Shown in pieces: positions 1 to 14,582 of a stretch of DNA of 64,000 nt. This DNA comes from Lingula anatina (taxonomy: Eukaryota; Animalia; Brachiopoda), in contig CM120640.1 of assembly GCA_051362555.1 (NCBI GenBank), forward strand, positions 37,281,967-37,345,966, in the 5' to 3' direction. The notes beneath the pieces were generated by a model. That model saw only the letters and a program-made list of their open reading frames with translations, was not told the origin of the DNA and ran no database searches. Made by a program: the position numbers and the translations under genes. Position 1 is the first letter of the stretch, and each line of letters starts with the position of its first letter.

Positions 1-892
1 ATATATTTTATTATAATAAATACAAGCAGATTAATAACAGATTGTAGGACGCTTTCCAATCCAAATGGACAAATAATACATCAATTATAACCGCAAACTC
101 TTGGTAACAATTGTTGACAAGATGATACGCGTGATAATACGTGTGTGAGAGGTTGTGAGAGATTAATCCATTGCACTCAAGTCAAACGTCGTTGGGAAAT
201 TCGATCCAAGAACTTTAGACATTAATAAAAACACTGCTCTGATTAATAATACAAATGTGCACAAGTATTAATCGATGGGAAAGCGATGTCTGCTGGGGTG
301 ATCTATGGACATCAAGCGCCTATAGTGGTGATTTTTAAAAGATTTTATCGAAACTAATGTTCATTTGGCGAACAGTCAATAGCAAAAGCGGCAGGATACG
401 GGCCTCGTAACAACCCATTCCCAATTCGCTGACAAAACATATACCGCTTAGTATCAATATATACAAAAATGACCTAAGTATTTGTTAGTAGAGCACAATT
501 TACATTTTCCGATATATTCGACCCGGGATTAGGGACCCTATCCTGCTGTTAAAACAGTAAAATGTTTATTTTGTATAGCAACAACCGAAATGTTTTCTAG
601 AGATTAACTACATCAGTCAATATCAATATATCAATTTTCTTTTTACAATTTGTCAGTTCTATTATCGCGTATGTACATACATTCCCCGCATAGGGTGTAC
701 CTACGTCCGTCATAGCGTCAAATACGTTACATTATATACATGGGGTTATTACATAATATATGTTCATCACAACGGTTTGATTGGGCCAAAGTTTCTCAAC
801 CTTGGTAGAGATATAAGCACCATTTGTCACTTTCATTCGTTTCGATATAGTTTGTAGATTGTCTATCAACTTTTATTGGTAAAGTTCTCAAG

Positions 893-3886
893 TCAAACAT
901 CGACGGGTTTATCTGTCATCGCCGAAGGCGTCACCATGCCCGGAAAACCGAGGGCAGATTTCCCGGCCGCAGTGGCGAAAGCGCTGTAGTTGTACCCTGC
1001 GAAGTTGGGCAGAAACTGAGGAGGGTAGGGCATAGCTAGCAGTCCTCGGGCATTATGCGGGGGATAGGCGTACCTCATGGCCGAACTGAAAGCTTGAGCG
1101 GAGGCCAGGCTGCTTATTGGGGAAAACGCTGACTTGAAGGCGGTGGCTGCTGTCACGACTGGCGTCGAGGGAAGATAGGGCCGGTAGAGGGCACTGTTGG
1201 ATCCAGGCAAGGATAAATCCGCAGCGGAAGCGGTGTGTTCGCTGTGGTTATTCAGGACCTGTTCTATGGCCTGACTAACGTCACTGTCACAACCCTGTAG
1301 AATAAGCTGAAGGACACTCCGTTTCATGTGAGGGAAGATCCGACTTAAGACTTCTATTGGCGGTTTCTTTCCTTGTTGGCGCCCGATGGGAGACGCTCTG
1401 CAAGAAATGGCACCTTCGCTGGTTGGCTTTTTCGGGGTTTTGCGTTCCGGTTTAGGTGATTCGCGACGGTCGTCTGTCTCCGGCAGTTGGGTGCCGGCTT
1501 TTTCCGGGGAGCCAGGAGTTGTGATGTCCGGGGAGCCGGATCGGTCGCTCATGTTGTCTGCATCAGATTTTCTCCTCTTTAAATCTGAAAAAAAAAAAAA
1601 ATGAATATATTTATTACGTTGGCAGATTAACCGCTGTGGTCATTATTTCCTACCCCATTCAAAAAAAAAAAAAAAAAAAAAAAAAACTGATAAAGTTTTC
1701 ACTGAAACACCTTATTCAAATCCAAAAGTGTATAGCTCATTTTAAATGTGCGTGCGTGCGTGCGTGTGCTTACCATCGGCTATTATGTCACATATAGGAC
1801 CTACGTGTAGATGTAGTGTAAAAAAATGATGTTCGGCTTTAAAGAGGCAAAACACGTGCACGACACAAAAAATAAAAATGAAAGTATTATTAAATGTAAT
1901 GATTTGTGGCATGTGACATTCTTATAAGCCAGTTACCATGTTTGTTGCTTTAAGAGGCCATCAATTTACCAAGCTGATTGAAGGTGGTGGGGTTTGTGTA
2001 CGCAAAATAAATAAAAGCCAAGCTTAACAATTCAGCATATGGCACGCAGGTAAGTACTTTAAACTCCAGCTTCTGCGGCTGTTGCAAAAAGGCATGCTAG
2101 ACACCGCCTTCCTAAACTAATATCAATTTTTAATAGGAACACAAAGTTTAATTACGAAAATGGGCTGCCTATAATTCATATGATTCTACAAGAGCGCAAA
2201 GTCCAACAGCAAGAAATGGATAAAAACAGCAAAATATGCAAAAATTAAATCTCCCCGCCTTATAATAAACATTTCAGACAAATCTTTTCTTTTAAAAAGA
2301 CAATCTCGTTCTAAAAAAACTTGAACCTCTTGCACAAGCAGTTGAAATCGTTTGTTCTAGTCATCTATAAAAACAAATGACTACAATCTACTGTTCTATT
2401 TTTCGCTATATTGTGCAAATCCGACACGTTACACGACATTAGACTGATAATTAATGTTAGTAAAATGATGCGACCTTACGTTAAGAAATAAACCAGAAAA
2501 ACACCAGGCCTTTTTGACTTCTAGGAAATTCAATCAATCCAATCGAAAGCTGACTTGGAGTACGAGGTTTACAGTGACAAATTTATCACTAAAAACACCA
2601 GCATACAGCCTTTTGCAGAGGCTAGCGATCTGGCATTCTGTCATATTCAAGTATTTTGTGACTCCCAAGCAAGAATAACTGTATGCCAGGTGCCACAACT
2701 GAATCGTGGCATTTTGAGAAGGAAATGATTTAAGGTTACGCCGTTGTGTGAGTATTTCACAGTCAGCATTGTAGGAATTGCCTCCCAAAACTAAGTGTGA
2801 GGGCAACATTTGGACACACGCACGCACACACACCTGCTTCGCTCCCATGCTCGGGCATGCAGAAATAGAAACTTTTTCGGTCAGTTACAGATTAGACACG
2901 TTGGCAATGCTGACTTAAAGCTGTCGTAACGGCGGACCACCCGACAACTGGCAGAAGGAAATATACACAAATCAGTCGTTTTTGCTGTCTTTGCTTTATT
3001 GAGCGAGAGCGGATCTTAGGATTTTGGCAAAGGAGAGTCAAACATTCACCTCTAGGGGTTCGGTTACCGCGGCTGGAGACGCAGCTTGTATACAGTCGCA
3101 GTTTTAACAGAAACACGATAGAATTAAACTTCTGTGGTGGAAAATCACAAATTGGATGCTGTGAAATTGTTTTACTGAAAACGCTCTGATTTATCTATCT
3201 GTTGTTTATTTGTTGAGTGTAAAAAATAAACTCCATTATCGATAAAAAAAATAGTTGCCAAAGACGTACACAGGTTATTTTTTCGTTATCTTTTTTTAAT
3301 TCTTTATCGAGCATTTACCAATATAAAAGATAAGTTAATAACGTACTGGCAAAGAAAAATTAAAAGGAAACGGCAATGTTCTATTTTGGTACGTTTCCTG
3401 AGACCGTTTTTAAGTTGAGTAAAAATAAAAAACTTTACTGAAAAAATAGTGTAATTTCCCATTGGCTGTCTGTTTGGGTGTTTAGCTTTGTAATAATTCC
3501 TTTATTATGTTTAAATGTTTCATTAGTTTGATCAATAATTATGATCAAAATCCCTCTGTCGCATTAGAGATCTAGGAAGATGGCATATCGAAATACATGT
3601 ATCTCTCGTGAATAAAAAAGAAATTAATTTTTGACCAAAGAACTTTTGGTCATTTCTTTAATTCTTCCAATTCGGTGGAACTCGGATCAGAAAAAGAAAA
3701 AGAAATCTCGATTATGATTTCTTAAGTTTTGCGTGTTCTGTTTGTCGAGCAACAACAGAAGTGCAAAGGTGAAAGAAATAAAGCAATGTCTGATATCCAA
3801 ATAAATTAATAGGTATGTAATCGATTTAAGATATAAGTGTGCACTGATTATCAAACAACGACCGTTCACAGCACACGCACACACAT

Positions 3887-3917
<31 letters not shown>

Positions 3918-6900
3918 AACACACACACACAAGAAAAAAAACGTGTACTTCTTTTGACTTTTCCACCTATAAATTGAATAGATATCCAAAAATCCTTTTC
4001 TCTGTCATGTTCACTTGGCCTTCATTTTTTTCATTATCTCGCCTCTTGTCCAAGAATGGATTTGCAAATGAATGAAATTATTTCATGGCTGTTTACGCTC
4101 TATGTTACTTCAATCGCCCCTTTGACGGCAATATTTGATTGAATAAAAACGCTATAACTCCGCATTTGAAATTGACAATCTTTTCTCGCTCTTTGTCTGT
4201 CACAGCTGACAGCTTAGGCGCATGCTGATCGTTTTATTAAGGTTTTTATGATAACAATAATTGGTAATGTTCACCTTAATAAGAGTCAACAAAGGATAAT
4301 TACTTTGAATTGAAAGAAAAATATGCCGACACAAGAGGTAATCACTCTGAAAACGATTGAAAGAAGTTTCGTAAGAAAAATGAAAAGAAAATGAAAGATT
4401 TGGAGGGCTTTGAGTTTATGGAACTCATAATGTTTTGGAGATTTTTTTCTTGATCTTCATAAACCTTTGATTAATTTTCATGGTATCATTCCCTTTTTCT
4501 CTCTGTCTCTCTTTCGTTCTCTCTTTCTCCCTGTGATGTCAAAATAGCAACATAGTAGAGTGAAAAGAAAAATGAAAGCTAAAACAACTTGCCGTGTGTG
4601 AAGTGTTCCACTCCCGTTAGTCGATCAATCAACAGCATTTAATTTAGCGCAGCGCCCTCCGTTCATGGAGTACTCCGCTTTACTTTTTCCCTCTCAATAA
4701 ACGGCTGCGAAATCGGATTCGATTCTCACCCTCGTCGTTTAATTAAAGAATTAAGAAAATTTATTGTGTTTCCACGAGATAAATGTGCATCTCGATAAGG
4801 ATCAAAGGAAGGGAGTCGAAACATTGTTTTCGATTATTGGATCTTTTATCATCAGTAATTGTTAAAGTTTATACGGCGTGATGCTAGTGCGGTAATTATG
4901 GCCGATATCGGAGTGCCTTTCCGGCTCAAATTCTCGTCAATTTCTCACGAAATGTGCCGTTAAGTGCAACTACATGTATTTCTGTTTTATTTATTGGTCA
5001 ACTTGCGCGTTTTATGTGAAAGAAAAACACGTCATTGTGCAATAAAACATTGAGGGCTAACGGTGGCGTGTGATGACAATATTGCAAATTAAAAGATTAA
5101 TCAACAATCGGAAGACCATCAGCATTTATCGCTTTAACCTGAGCGGTGGCAAAAGTCTCCTTTTTCGTTTGAGTGATCGAGAGAAAGGAAACAAAGCCAT
5201 TCGCCGCGTAAAAAAAGGGCTGAAATTCTAAGGCGTTTCATTTATCATTTATTTAGAATATAGCATATTCATTGTCATGCTCATTGAAAGAGAAAGAAAT
5301 TTAGCGAGGCTTTTTAGTTATTGATAAGGAAAGATACAAACATAAAAATGTGAAAATATATTTTCTTTATACTTTCTCTTAGAGGGGGATACTGCTGCAC
5401 TCTTTTTCAATTTCAAAACATGAATTTTTAGAAGCAGCTGCTCTTGATTTGGACAAGGATGTATCTTTCACTCTCATGATTTGAAAACATTTTCATTTCG
5501 AATTATTTTTGATTAAAATTGTGTTAGATTGTCCTTTTTCCTTTTTTTAAATTCCTTTTCTGTCCTATTATCCAGGCTGGTCACGTAGGCTCTAAACGAC
5601 TGCTCAGGGGACCATATTTTTACGAGTGTTTGCATAAAAATTATGCAGGTTGTGGGGATATTAAGCGGAAAATGGTGGTGTTTGCACAGGCGTTTCAGCT
5701 TTATTCTGACGATGAGCACCTTTCGTGCTTTCTACAACACGCTCGCAGGTGTAAGTGTAAAAGAAACATCTTCAGCGGCCCCTGAGTTACTCTTAACCGG
5801 CCACTTCCTATTCACCGTTATGCAATCAAGATTTTATACAATAACTTTTATATATTCTGAATACTTTTTCAAACCCCATCGTGGGGGTACACGGCGGGCT
5901 GTGGAATTTTCATTATTACCACACGCGAGTTCATAATTTGTTTAATCACCCTCCAGAGAACAATGGCCACGTCCAAAACATATATTAAAAAGTATATTCA
6001 TAAACCCTTCTGCAAATTATCGTTCCATTTCAAATAATTCAAAATATGTTACCTCACGTAGCTATTTAATCAAAAGATCACGCCTCAATGAAATCTTCAA
6101 AGGACTTCTGTTTGAAATTAAATTATGAATATCCAACCTCATTACAAAAAGTTGCCTGAATCAAGCGATTAGTAAAAAAAATGAAACAACATATTTTCAA
6201 AGAAAAAACTTGAAAGCTTTTCTTTGACGGTAGACAAGCGATGCCCAGTACATTTTTCTTTTCTGTATCATTACTTTAGCCATATTTCGCAGGACTTTGT
6301 CATTTTTCATGCCATCATAAAATAAGTAAAATGTATATAACTGTTCGAACACGTAACGTTTGCCAACAATACTAGAAAATACTTCAAAATAAAGCAGATG
6401 TAAAAAAAAAAAAAAACATATTGACAGCTATTGCATCTGAAGCTATTTGAAAACAAACAATGCAGAACTTTCTTTCTTCACTAAAACTATATTTACTATG
6501 CAATATTAAGAAATATGTAGCTAATAAGTAATCGGCCAAATGCATAGCAAATATCAACACGTATCAAATTTAATTGAATAGAAACAAATGATGGAAATTA
6601 TACAGAGATTATTTACCTGGACTTCCAGAGTCGCTGTCCCTACTGTGGATCTTCCCAGCGTACGAGTTCAGCTCGGAGTATTGCCGGCTTATATCGGGGG
6701 TGAAGTTCTCCGGGTTCATGCTGAGAAGACCCCCAGGGCCGTACAGCAACCCTAACTCTCTGGCTTCGTTCTCTTCTTGCGCCTGTTGACGGCGAAGCGC
6801 AACCTGGGCCGCCATCACGCGTTGACGCTCCGCAATCAGGGTGCACTTGGCACAAACGCAGTCCCTCCAGCGGCAGTAGCGTTTGTGTCCCTTCAACGCC

Positions 6901-7046
6901 GAGACGACGCCGTGATTCCGGCACCGTGCACATTTGGGCGTTCTTGGGTAGCGCTCGGCCGCACGGATAAAGAGGGGATGTTGCATTTGCGGTGGTTGGG
7001 AACTACTGACGGGTGTCTCGCTGTCAGGGCCTGTGGTTGCACTCAT
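893..7046 (-). CDS. DMRTA2: DMRTA-class (Dmrt4/5, Dmrt99B-like) doublesex/mab-3 transcription factor, 2 coding exons, 373 aa
   Basis: Exon 1 is 7046-6617 (ATG 7046, donor GTAAAT) and encodes the DM domain [66 protein letters not shown], as in DMRTA2/Dmrt99B. Exon 2 is 1584-893 (polyT-CAG acceptor, phase-1 join G|[13 protein letters not shown] then the 893..1552 ORF) and contains the DMA domain [36 protein letters not shown]. Confidence 0.95.
3875..3930. repeat. imperfect (CA)n microsatellite in the Dmrt intron
   Basis: Direct reading. Confidence 0.9.
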
Positions 7047-8627
7047 CACTATTTTTTTCCTTTCCTTCTTTTAGCTTTTCTTTGAAATATCGAATTTGGT
7101 CCGTTTTACAGTTATTTCGATGTTTCCTAAGCTCAGGAAAAATCTGGACGAAAATCAATTCACGCTTCCTTCGTACCTCGTGTGAAAGCGGCAGCTGTTT
7201 CTCTAGACTGTCACTCTCCGGTTAAAGTGTAACAACTTATTTTCAGATCAAGGTAGTTGATGTTTGTTTAGACTGTTTGTGTTACGGCTGTGCTCACGCC
7301 GAAGCTAGCAAATAGTACTAGCGCGCATTACTACGCCTGAATAGTCATTCAGCATAGCTCTCCCCTCACCTTTAAGCTGCTGGGAAACTAGATACTATTG
7401 GTTGACATCTCAATTAAGCAAGATGATAAAGAGGCTCGTAAGGACGACGAAAGATAGAATGGGTTCTTCAAAAAAAATACCTTAGTAGTAGCTTTAGATC
7501 AATATTTCAATATTTTCTATTTTTTGTTTCTTAACTAACTACGATAATTTGCCTACAAATTGAATCTATTAGAAATTCTGACAAAAAAATTTTTCAGTGT
7601 TTTCATCTGAAACACGGTTTTGGTCCAATGATACATGTACCATGGTTCCAAAATGCAGTATATCTATGCATTTGAAAAATATTTTCTTATGCTACGGGAG
7701 TTCAGCTTATTTTCTTTAGAAAACAAGAAAGAGAGAAAATGAAGAGAAAAACATAAAATATGTTTAATGAAGTATTATCTTCTCAAACGCGCCTAAAATG
7801 AATATATATTATCTTACACCTTAACATTAATTTATGACTGGTAATGGTTCTTTTGAGATTATCAATTTGTTTTAAATTGCCTTCTTAATTTTTGTTTGAA
7901 ACAAAATTTGGCTTTCACTGGGTTTAATCTTTTTAAAGTGTGGAAAATCAAGGATTACGCACCACAAATTCCACACTCCCGCCCTCCAAAGGTCCTTCGT
8001 CTAAAGACGTCATATTACACATTCACCCGCTCTAGCCTAGGCATGTCAAGCTTCTCTAGTGAAGCGATTATTTTCGTTAAAGTTACTATGTGGATGTAAT
8101 GTGAAATAACAGCTTTTTTATATCTTTTTCAAGATAAGTGTACGGTTTCTTGTTACTTTTTTCGTTAATTATTGAACCCTGCGATGCGAGCGTAGACCCC
8201 GTCGAGAGGACATTATTTGACATTCTACTCCGATTTTCCGCTCGGGAAAAAGTAATACCTTCATAATTGCAACATCGCAGTAATTGAGGAAAGAGGGCAA
8301 GATAGGCGAGGGTTATAAAGACATCCTTTGTAAGTTTCTGATGTCTGAAATGCGTGTTATAGTGAACGACAATACGTCAAGTTTGTTCTGTAGGAAAAAA
8401 ATGCTTAACGGAAAAAGCAGTGAGAGATCAAGTTCTTGCTGGTAAGGTTTGGCTGAAGTAGAGGGTACTTAAACCGTTTAATCTGTTATAACCAAAGAAA
8501 CTTACTAGTTGATTCGCCTGGTGAATGTGCTGAGAATATTAATGGAAGGGTTGCGTGATGAGAAGAAAGAATTTACGTAAACAATTAAACACAATTAGAA
8601 AATCAGATTCAGCCATAATATTGTCTT

Positions 8628-8628
8628 T

Positions 8629-8670
<42 letters not shown>
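8628..8670. repeat. compound (TG)n(AG)n microsatellite
   Basis: Direct reading. Confidence 0.9.
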
Positions 8671-10264
8671 CTGACTGGTATACTAAGAAAATAAACCGTA
8701 GAGTGGTGTCAAGAAGCAAGTGAATCACATGGCATTCATAAGAATAACCATATACTTCCTATTCAACCAATGCAACGTCTTTTAAAAATAAGAATCAAAA
8801 CATGTCACTTAGGCTGTCAAAACTCTCCATAAACACATCGAACAGATCGAATAAAATTATGGCGTTCCACTTGATTTAAAGGTCAGATTTTACGTGACCT
8901 GACTATCGCTTGCCCTCCTCTCTCTTCAAAATTCTTTTCTCTGATATTTGTTATTTCTGAAGTAGCAAGAAAATATTGCCTAACATATGTTCTGTTGGTC
9001 CAAGCATTGCGTACATTACCAGTTTATGGAAGTTATAAATGTTTCCTATTTGTAGTGTGAAAAAGCACCCTTGTCCAAACCATTGCTTTCATTAGCAGGT
9101 AATCCCATTACAAAATAAACACAGACTGAATAGAAAACTCCATTTCTCTCGTGTTATTAAAGGGTTGGCTCGAATTACATCGCTCCTCCCTCACAATTAA
9201 ACACGCAAATGAGGCAGAAGAATACCCCACTCCAAAAGTGCTAGGACATACATATCAAACACTGAGACGACGAATGGCTTTCATCAGTGCTCTCTGAGGT
9301 GAAAATCCGATGGATACATGCAAGCCAGTGAACCATTCACGGGAGAGCCCCTCGCGGCGGGGGTGCGACAACCTCAAACCAAAAATCCACATGTTACCTA
9401 AAATATTTTTAAAAAGATAACGCAGCTGCGTACGGGTATGATATATAATGACCTTTGGGGAGTCTGTCCGATAAAAAAAGGGATTAGACGAAATCACCAT
9501 TTAACCAGGAGTTCCAGGCTGATTTCACATAACCTTATTTGACCCTATGTTTGGGAGACGTGTTGAAAGTACCAGAATAGGCCTAACTACAACTGAATTT
9601 GTTGGCACTGATGGCAAGCCTAAATGCCAACCGCATTTTACAATTGATCACATTATTATTTTTTTTTTGTCAAATTTTATTATTGGAAATATTTTGGAAA
9701 GAAAACATAAATAGAAAGAGGAAAGGGAAAACCCCAATTATCACTAGAATTTTAATTATGGTGTGAGGAAAAAAATCCCGCCTCTAATATTTATTTTAAG
9801 AGATAAATAATGACTTACATAAAACGTCATTTGGTAATTCAATTTATTAATATGATATAATGTATAACCATCAGCTTTCGAATGTTTTTTTAACAAACCA
9901 CTGCTCAACTTACATGTGACGTCAAGTGTCGGTTGGGGTATAAAAGAGAAAGTAAAAATGTGTAGGGAAAATGTTAATTTGGCTTAAAGCTTAGTTTTGC
10001 CTTCAGTTTGAAAAAAAATAAAAATAAAAAATAATAAAAATAAAAAACGTAAAGCAGCTTAGGTGTTGCTTATACAAAAATTATCTGTCTCAAATTTCGT
10101 TTGAAATCAACAAGAGATCAGAAAAGATTAATTAACAATAATTTACCACATAGTAATCTAGAAATACTTGAATACATAAATTAGAATGTACATTTGGCAA
10201 CTGGTGAAATCGGCAAAAAAGCAAAAAAAAATCTAACATCCCGCTTATTCATCAGAAAACTAAT

Positions 10265-10307
<43 letters not shown>

Positions 10308-13300
10308 ACGAGTAAATACATCTTTCAACAGTTCGCCTACAGATTTCAAAATCAATACAGTCGATCTTTGAATATTCACCGTATTTTACCCTCGCTTCCC
10401 TAGGTGTGATTTCAGTTAACCAGCAAATGAGGCGTGTAATATGGTGGTGTAATCTCTCAAAATATCGCGTTACGTAACGAGACTCAGTTCTGTGCCATGG
10501 CGAGAGTGGGAAAGTTGCAGGAAAGTTGATCCTAGAGCGTGAAGGTCAGCACGTCCGCCGGCCAAAGTTAAATGGAATCGATAGTCAATGTTTATTGTGG
10601 TTAGGCAAGGCTGTAGGTTTTAAATGCTGCAACGCAAAACGACGTGATCAGTTCGAATGCACTGCAAATTGATATCCGCTTGTCGGCCCGATGGTAAAAT
10701 AGAGATACGTTTCAGGTCTAAAAACAAAAGAAAAATAATGTTTCATTTTAGATATATTTCCATTTACTTACGTTGGACATACACTTCGTAATAATTTTGA
10801 TTTAAATTAAATTCCAGCATCGTACATAATCATTTTTATCTGTTCATATGTTCACGCGACTTTTAACGGGTAGAAACGAACATGCATTATTTATGCTGTT
10901 ACTTTAAAATACACAAGTAAATTTCTGTATTCGGAGACCAGCAAAAATGATTCGATGCAAATCGGACAAAAAGGTTAATTAAATTCTGTCACCTTTTAAA
11001 ATTAATACCCTGTCTTCATTTATTCAGGCATCTTTTTCGGACACCATTTTTCCTTTGTTACCTCTTTTATTAGGATAAAAAATGTCATTGTTAATAAAAA
11101 ATCAATTTTTTTCTTTTGAAATAATATGAAACTATTATCACAGAAATAGAAAAAATATTTGACGCACCTCTGGAGAGGCACCACACGTCATTTATGTTTT
11201 TAAAACATTACTTCTTCGCTAACTTGCCAATCATTCTCAATACAACAAAAATGTATTTTTCAAAGAGTTATTTTCATTCTCAAACTAGGCGTTGTTGCCC
11301 TGACGCAAGGCATGTGGCATTCTATGAAAATGAACGGCTGTCAATTTCCGGTCACAATCCATGCTCAATTAATCGATGATTTGGTTAATTTATAAAGACC
11401 AACTAATACCGTCATTATCCAAACAACATAAGTGGAGAGGGGGCCATTAGTTGACATTCGCTCAATTCATTCAGCACCGAAGCAAGGGCTTAGGAAAACG
11501 TTATCGTTCCTGCCGCATAATGTGATTAATGACACAATTATCCCGCGATGAAGTGCCGATGACGTGGCCATTGTGACACCCCACTTGTATGTCAACACCA
11601 GCTTGCAACAATCGCAGCTACCACTCAGCTTGGTCAACAATTTAGCCAAGTCCCTACAATAATCTTTTATAAAAAGGTAACACTATACAGCCGAATTTGT
11701 TTTTATTCCAAATCCGGTGATATATTTTCACAGGTGAGAGGGCAACCAGGCGTAAGGGACGTGTTTCGATAGGGTGCGATTTTATTTAATCTGGCTGACC
11801 CCGTTCAGTATGTTCGTATCCCTGTTTCCATAATTGCCTCTTAGGAGAGAACTGTGTAATCAAACAGAATTTGTTCTCGGTTGTGCTTCGTTTTCACAAA
11901 TTTGTATTGAGAAAAAACTCGAGGCCCGCGGATATGAAAGCCGACACCCTCCACATTGACACGACTCACTTAGTTTTTGACATCTGAAAACATCAACAAA
12001 TCTATTCATGGTTTTGCCAATCACAATGCGCAGGTGTTAGAGAACGCGACTATTTTTCAATTAATCTATCTTAATAGGTTAGATAGGCACGCCACACAAG
12101 CTGATAGTTTACCGGGCAATGATAATCTTTCTCTGGTTCCTGACTAACTGTGCATGCTTATATGTGTCATAATGTGTGTATGGGAGGGGGGGGGGTTGAC
12201 ATAGAATCTGCTCTAGCTATAAGGGAATTGTTTGGGAATAATCAGATCAAACACTGTATTTACGGCAGCTCACCATTAGCTCCTCTCTGCTGAAAAGAAA
12301 GTAACGGTTATGTGATCAGATATTTGGAGGGAATAGAATATTTTCGAAAAATCTGCAGAGTTTAAGGCCAACGAAGGTGAAACAGTAACATACTCTTTTT
12401 TAAAGTATCAGGTGGATTAAAAACGCCAATGACTATAAAACTGCAATAACTCAAATGTTATATAGTAAAGCAATTTCCCATTTTAGTTTTTATCTTTATA
12501 GTAATAAATCTGGCATACGATAGCTCTGACGCAATAGTTCAGCATCCGTGTGGTGATGAAATTGAAAAAAAATATCCACATTATAACACTAATGAATGAG
12601 AAAGGCGTAATTTTGTTCCATAATAATATAAGCAAAATTACTGGTGATTTTCATCATCCGTCTTTCTATAGACCATCATATGGAAATCTTAGAAGGGCTT
12701 GCCACCGCTTGAAGAACGCATTTTGACCCACTATCACAAATATGTACCAAAAGAAAAGAATGCAATGTTTCAAGTTCCTTAGCACTTATGTATGAATTTG
12801 ATGTTGACTATCAAATATTGTCAAAGCACCGACTTAATTTGAGGGGGTGAGGCTGGGTCAAACCCCCCTTCTATTGGTTGACTATTAGATACCGGTATAT
12901 GGGAGGAGAACAAATCGTCAAATTATTATCAAAGCAATAAGGACGCATAAATCATACGACTGAGATGAAAACAAATACATAAGTACAAATAGCACATGCA
13001 ATACATACATTTACATCCAACTACAAATAATTCGTTTTAAAACTCTTTCATTACATTCAAGCATGCTTAATTCTCCTTATTCAATAATAAACCTTCCTGA
13101 GTGGTTTCCTTTTTTTCCTTAATTGATATTCAATCAACATAAGGTTTACAGGATAGAGCCAACAGTAAAGGTTTTCAACCTATCGAGCTGCATTATCAAA
13201 AGAACTGTGTAATATGATATGACATTCAGTGATTTTTTCCAGTTATTCTTGCACCTTGTTTCAGCCTGAGAGATTCACTAGTTGCAGAAAATTTGAGCTT

Positions 13301-14535
13301 GAGGAAACATGAAACTTGAACCATCAATACTGCCTTCTTCAACAATTTTGTTTGAATGAGAATGTTAAACCCCCTCAACGAAAAACACGACATAATATAT
13401 AAGTAAACGTCTCGCATATATGGCTGTCTCTGTGGGTTATAAAAAGAAACTAATTCTAATAATCATCAACAAGTAATGAAATCTAATATAACCAGTGATG
13501 ATAATACTTTTGCCAAAAAAAGGAAACGTTGAAATGCTAGAAATATACATTAATATAACATTTGTAAGTTACGGAATTGCAATAAATTTTGTTTGTATGA
13601 AATTGGAATAAATTACGTTATTTGAATAAATTTCACAAGTAATACAAAAATAAAGAATATAGAATAAATAAGATAAAAGATAAAAAAATAAATAAAAAGG
13701 TGGTTGGAATTATAAAAACCTGTTAAAGGTCACGCGTTCACCTCTGTCGCTGACGTGTGGTTGCAATTTAAATTTTGTTCAACAAATCCAAAGGTCGATG
13801 ACGCCTGCTTTACTAATGCATTTTTAAACTGGCCATACAGCGATCACGGCATTGGTATACTTATGGAATAGTCCGCAGTTTTAAGCTGGAGTATACTTTA
13901 CTACATGATCTTACGCTAAGGCGAAAAATTCATCTTCTGTATGAACGAGTATTAAATGTTAGTATTAATAATTGCAGCTTCCACACCGATAAAAGCTAAA
14001 AAAATAAATGAATAAACCAGAAAGAAAAGAAAAGAGAGCGAGAGGGAAAATTGACCTCACTGCGGCGAATAGCAAAGACCGTGGCATCGTGGATTGAATA
14101 CTACCGTTACACCTGATGTGTTAGGTGTGATTTGAAGGCGTGCAATGCAATCTTTGCCGAGATCAGGAAACCCCGAGACCAGCGGTCATCACATATATTT
14201 ACTAGCCTTTTGGTTATCTCGAGAGATTTACAATGTAGGTGAATTTCACCTCGAAGAAGAAGAAGAGGAAAAAAAAGAGAATATTAAAATGATAAAATTA
14301 TTATCTTAAAAATAACCAAATAAAAAGATATTCGACCCAGACAATAATTACATTAGAGTTTTCTTGGCTTTTTTACAAGCAATCCTGAACATAAACAATA
14401 AACAAGCAAATTTCAATAGTGCAGAGCGGTGTGAAATACGTATAGATGTATAGGGAACGGGTCATATAAAATAGGGTTGTGTGGCATATGCAGGTCGCGT
14501 AAATTAAAGTTATCAAAAAATAAAAAAATACGAAA

Positions 14536-14537
14536 AA

Positions 14538-14580
<43 letters not shown>

Positions 14581-14582
14581 AA
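14536..14582. repeat. (TAAA)n microsatellite
   Basis: Direct reading. Confidence 0.9.

Noticed and set aside
6640-7085. Overlapping alternative-frame and antisense ORFs in Dmrt exon 1
   Set aside because: Shadows of a GC-rich exon with no motifs.
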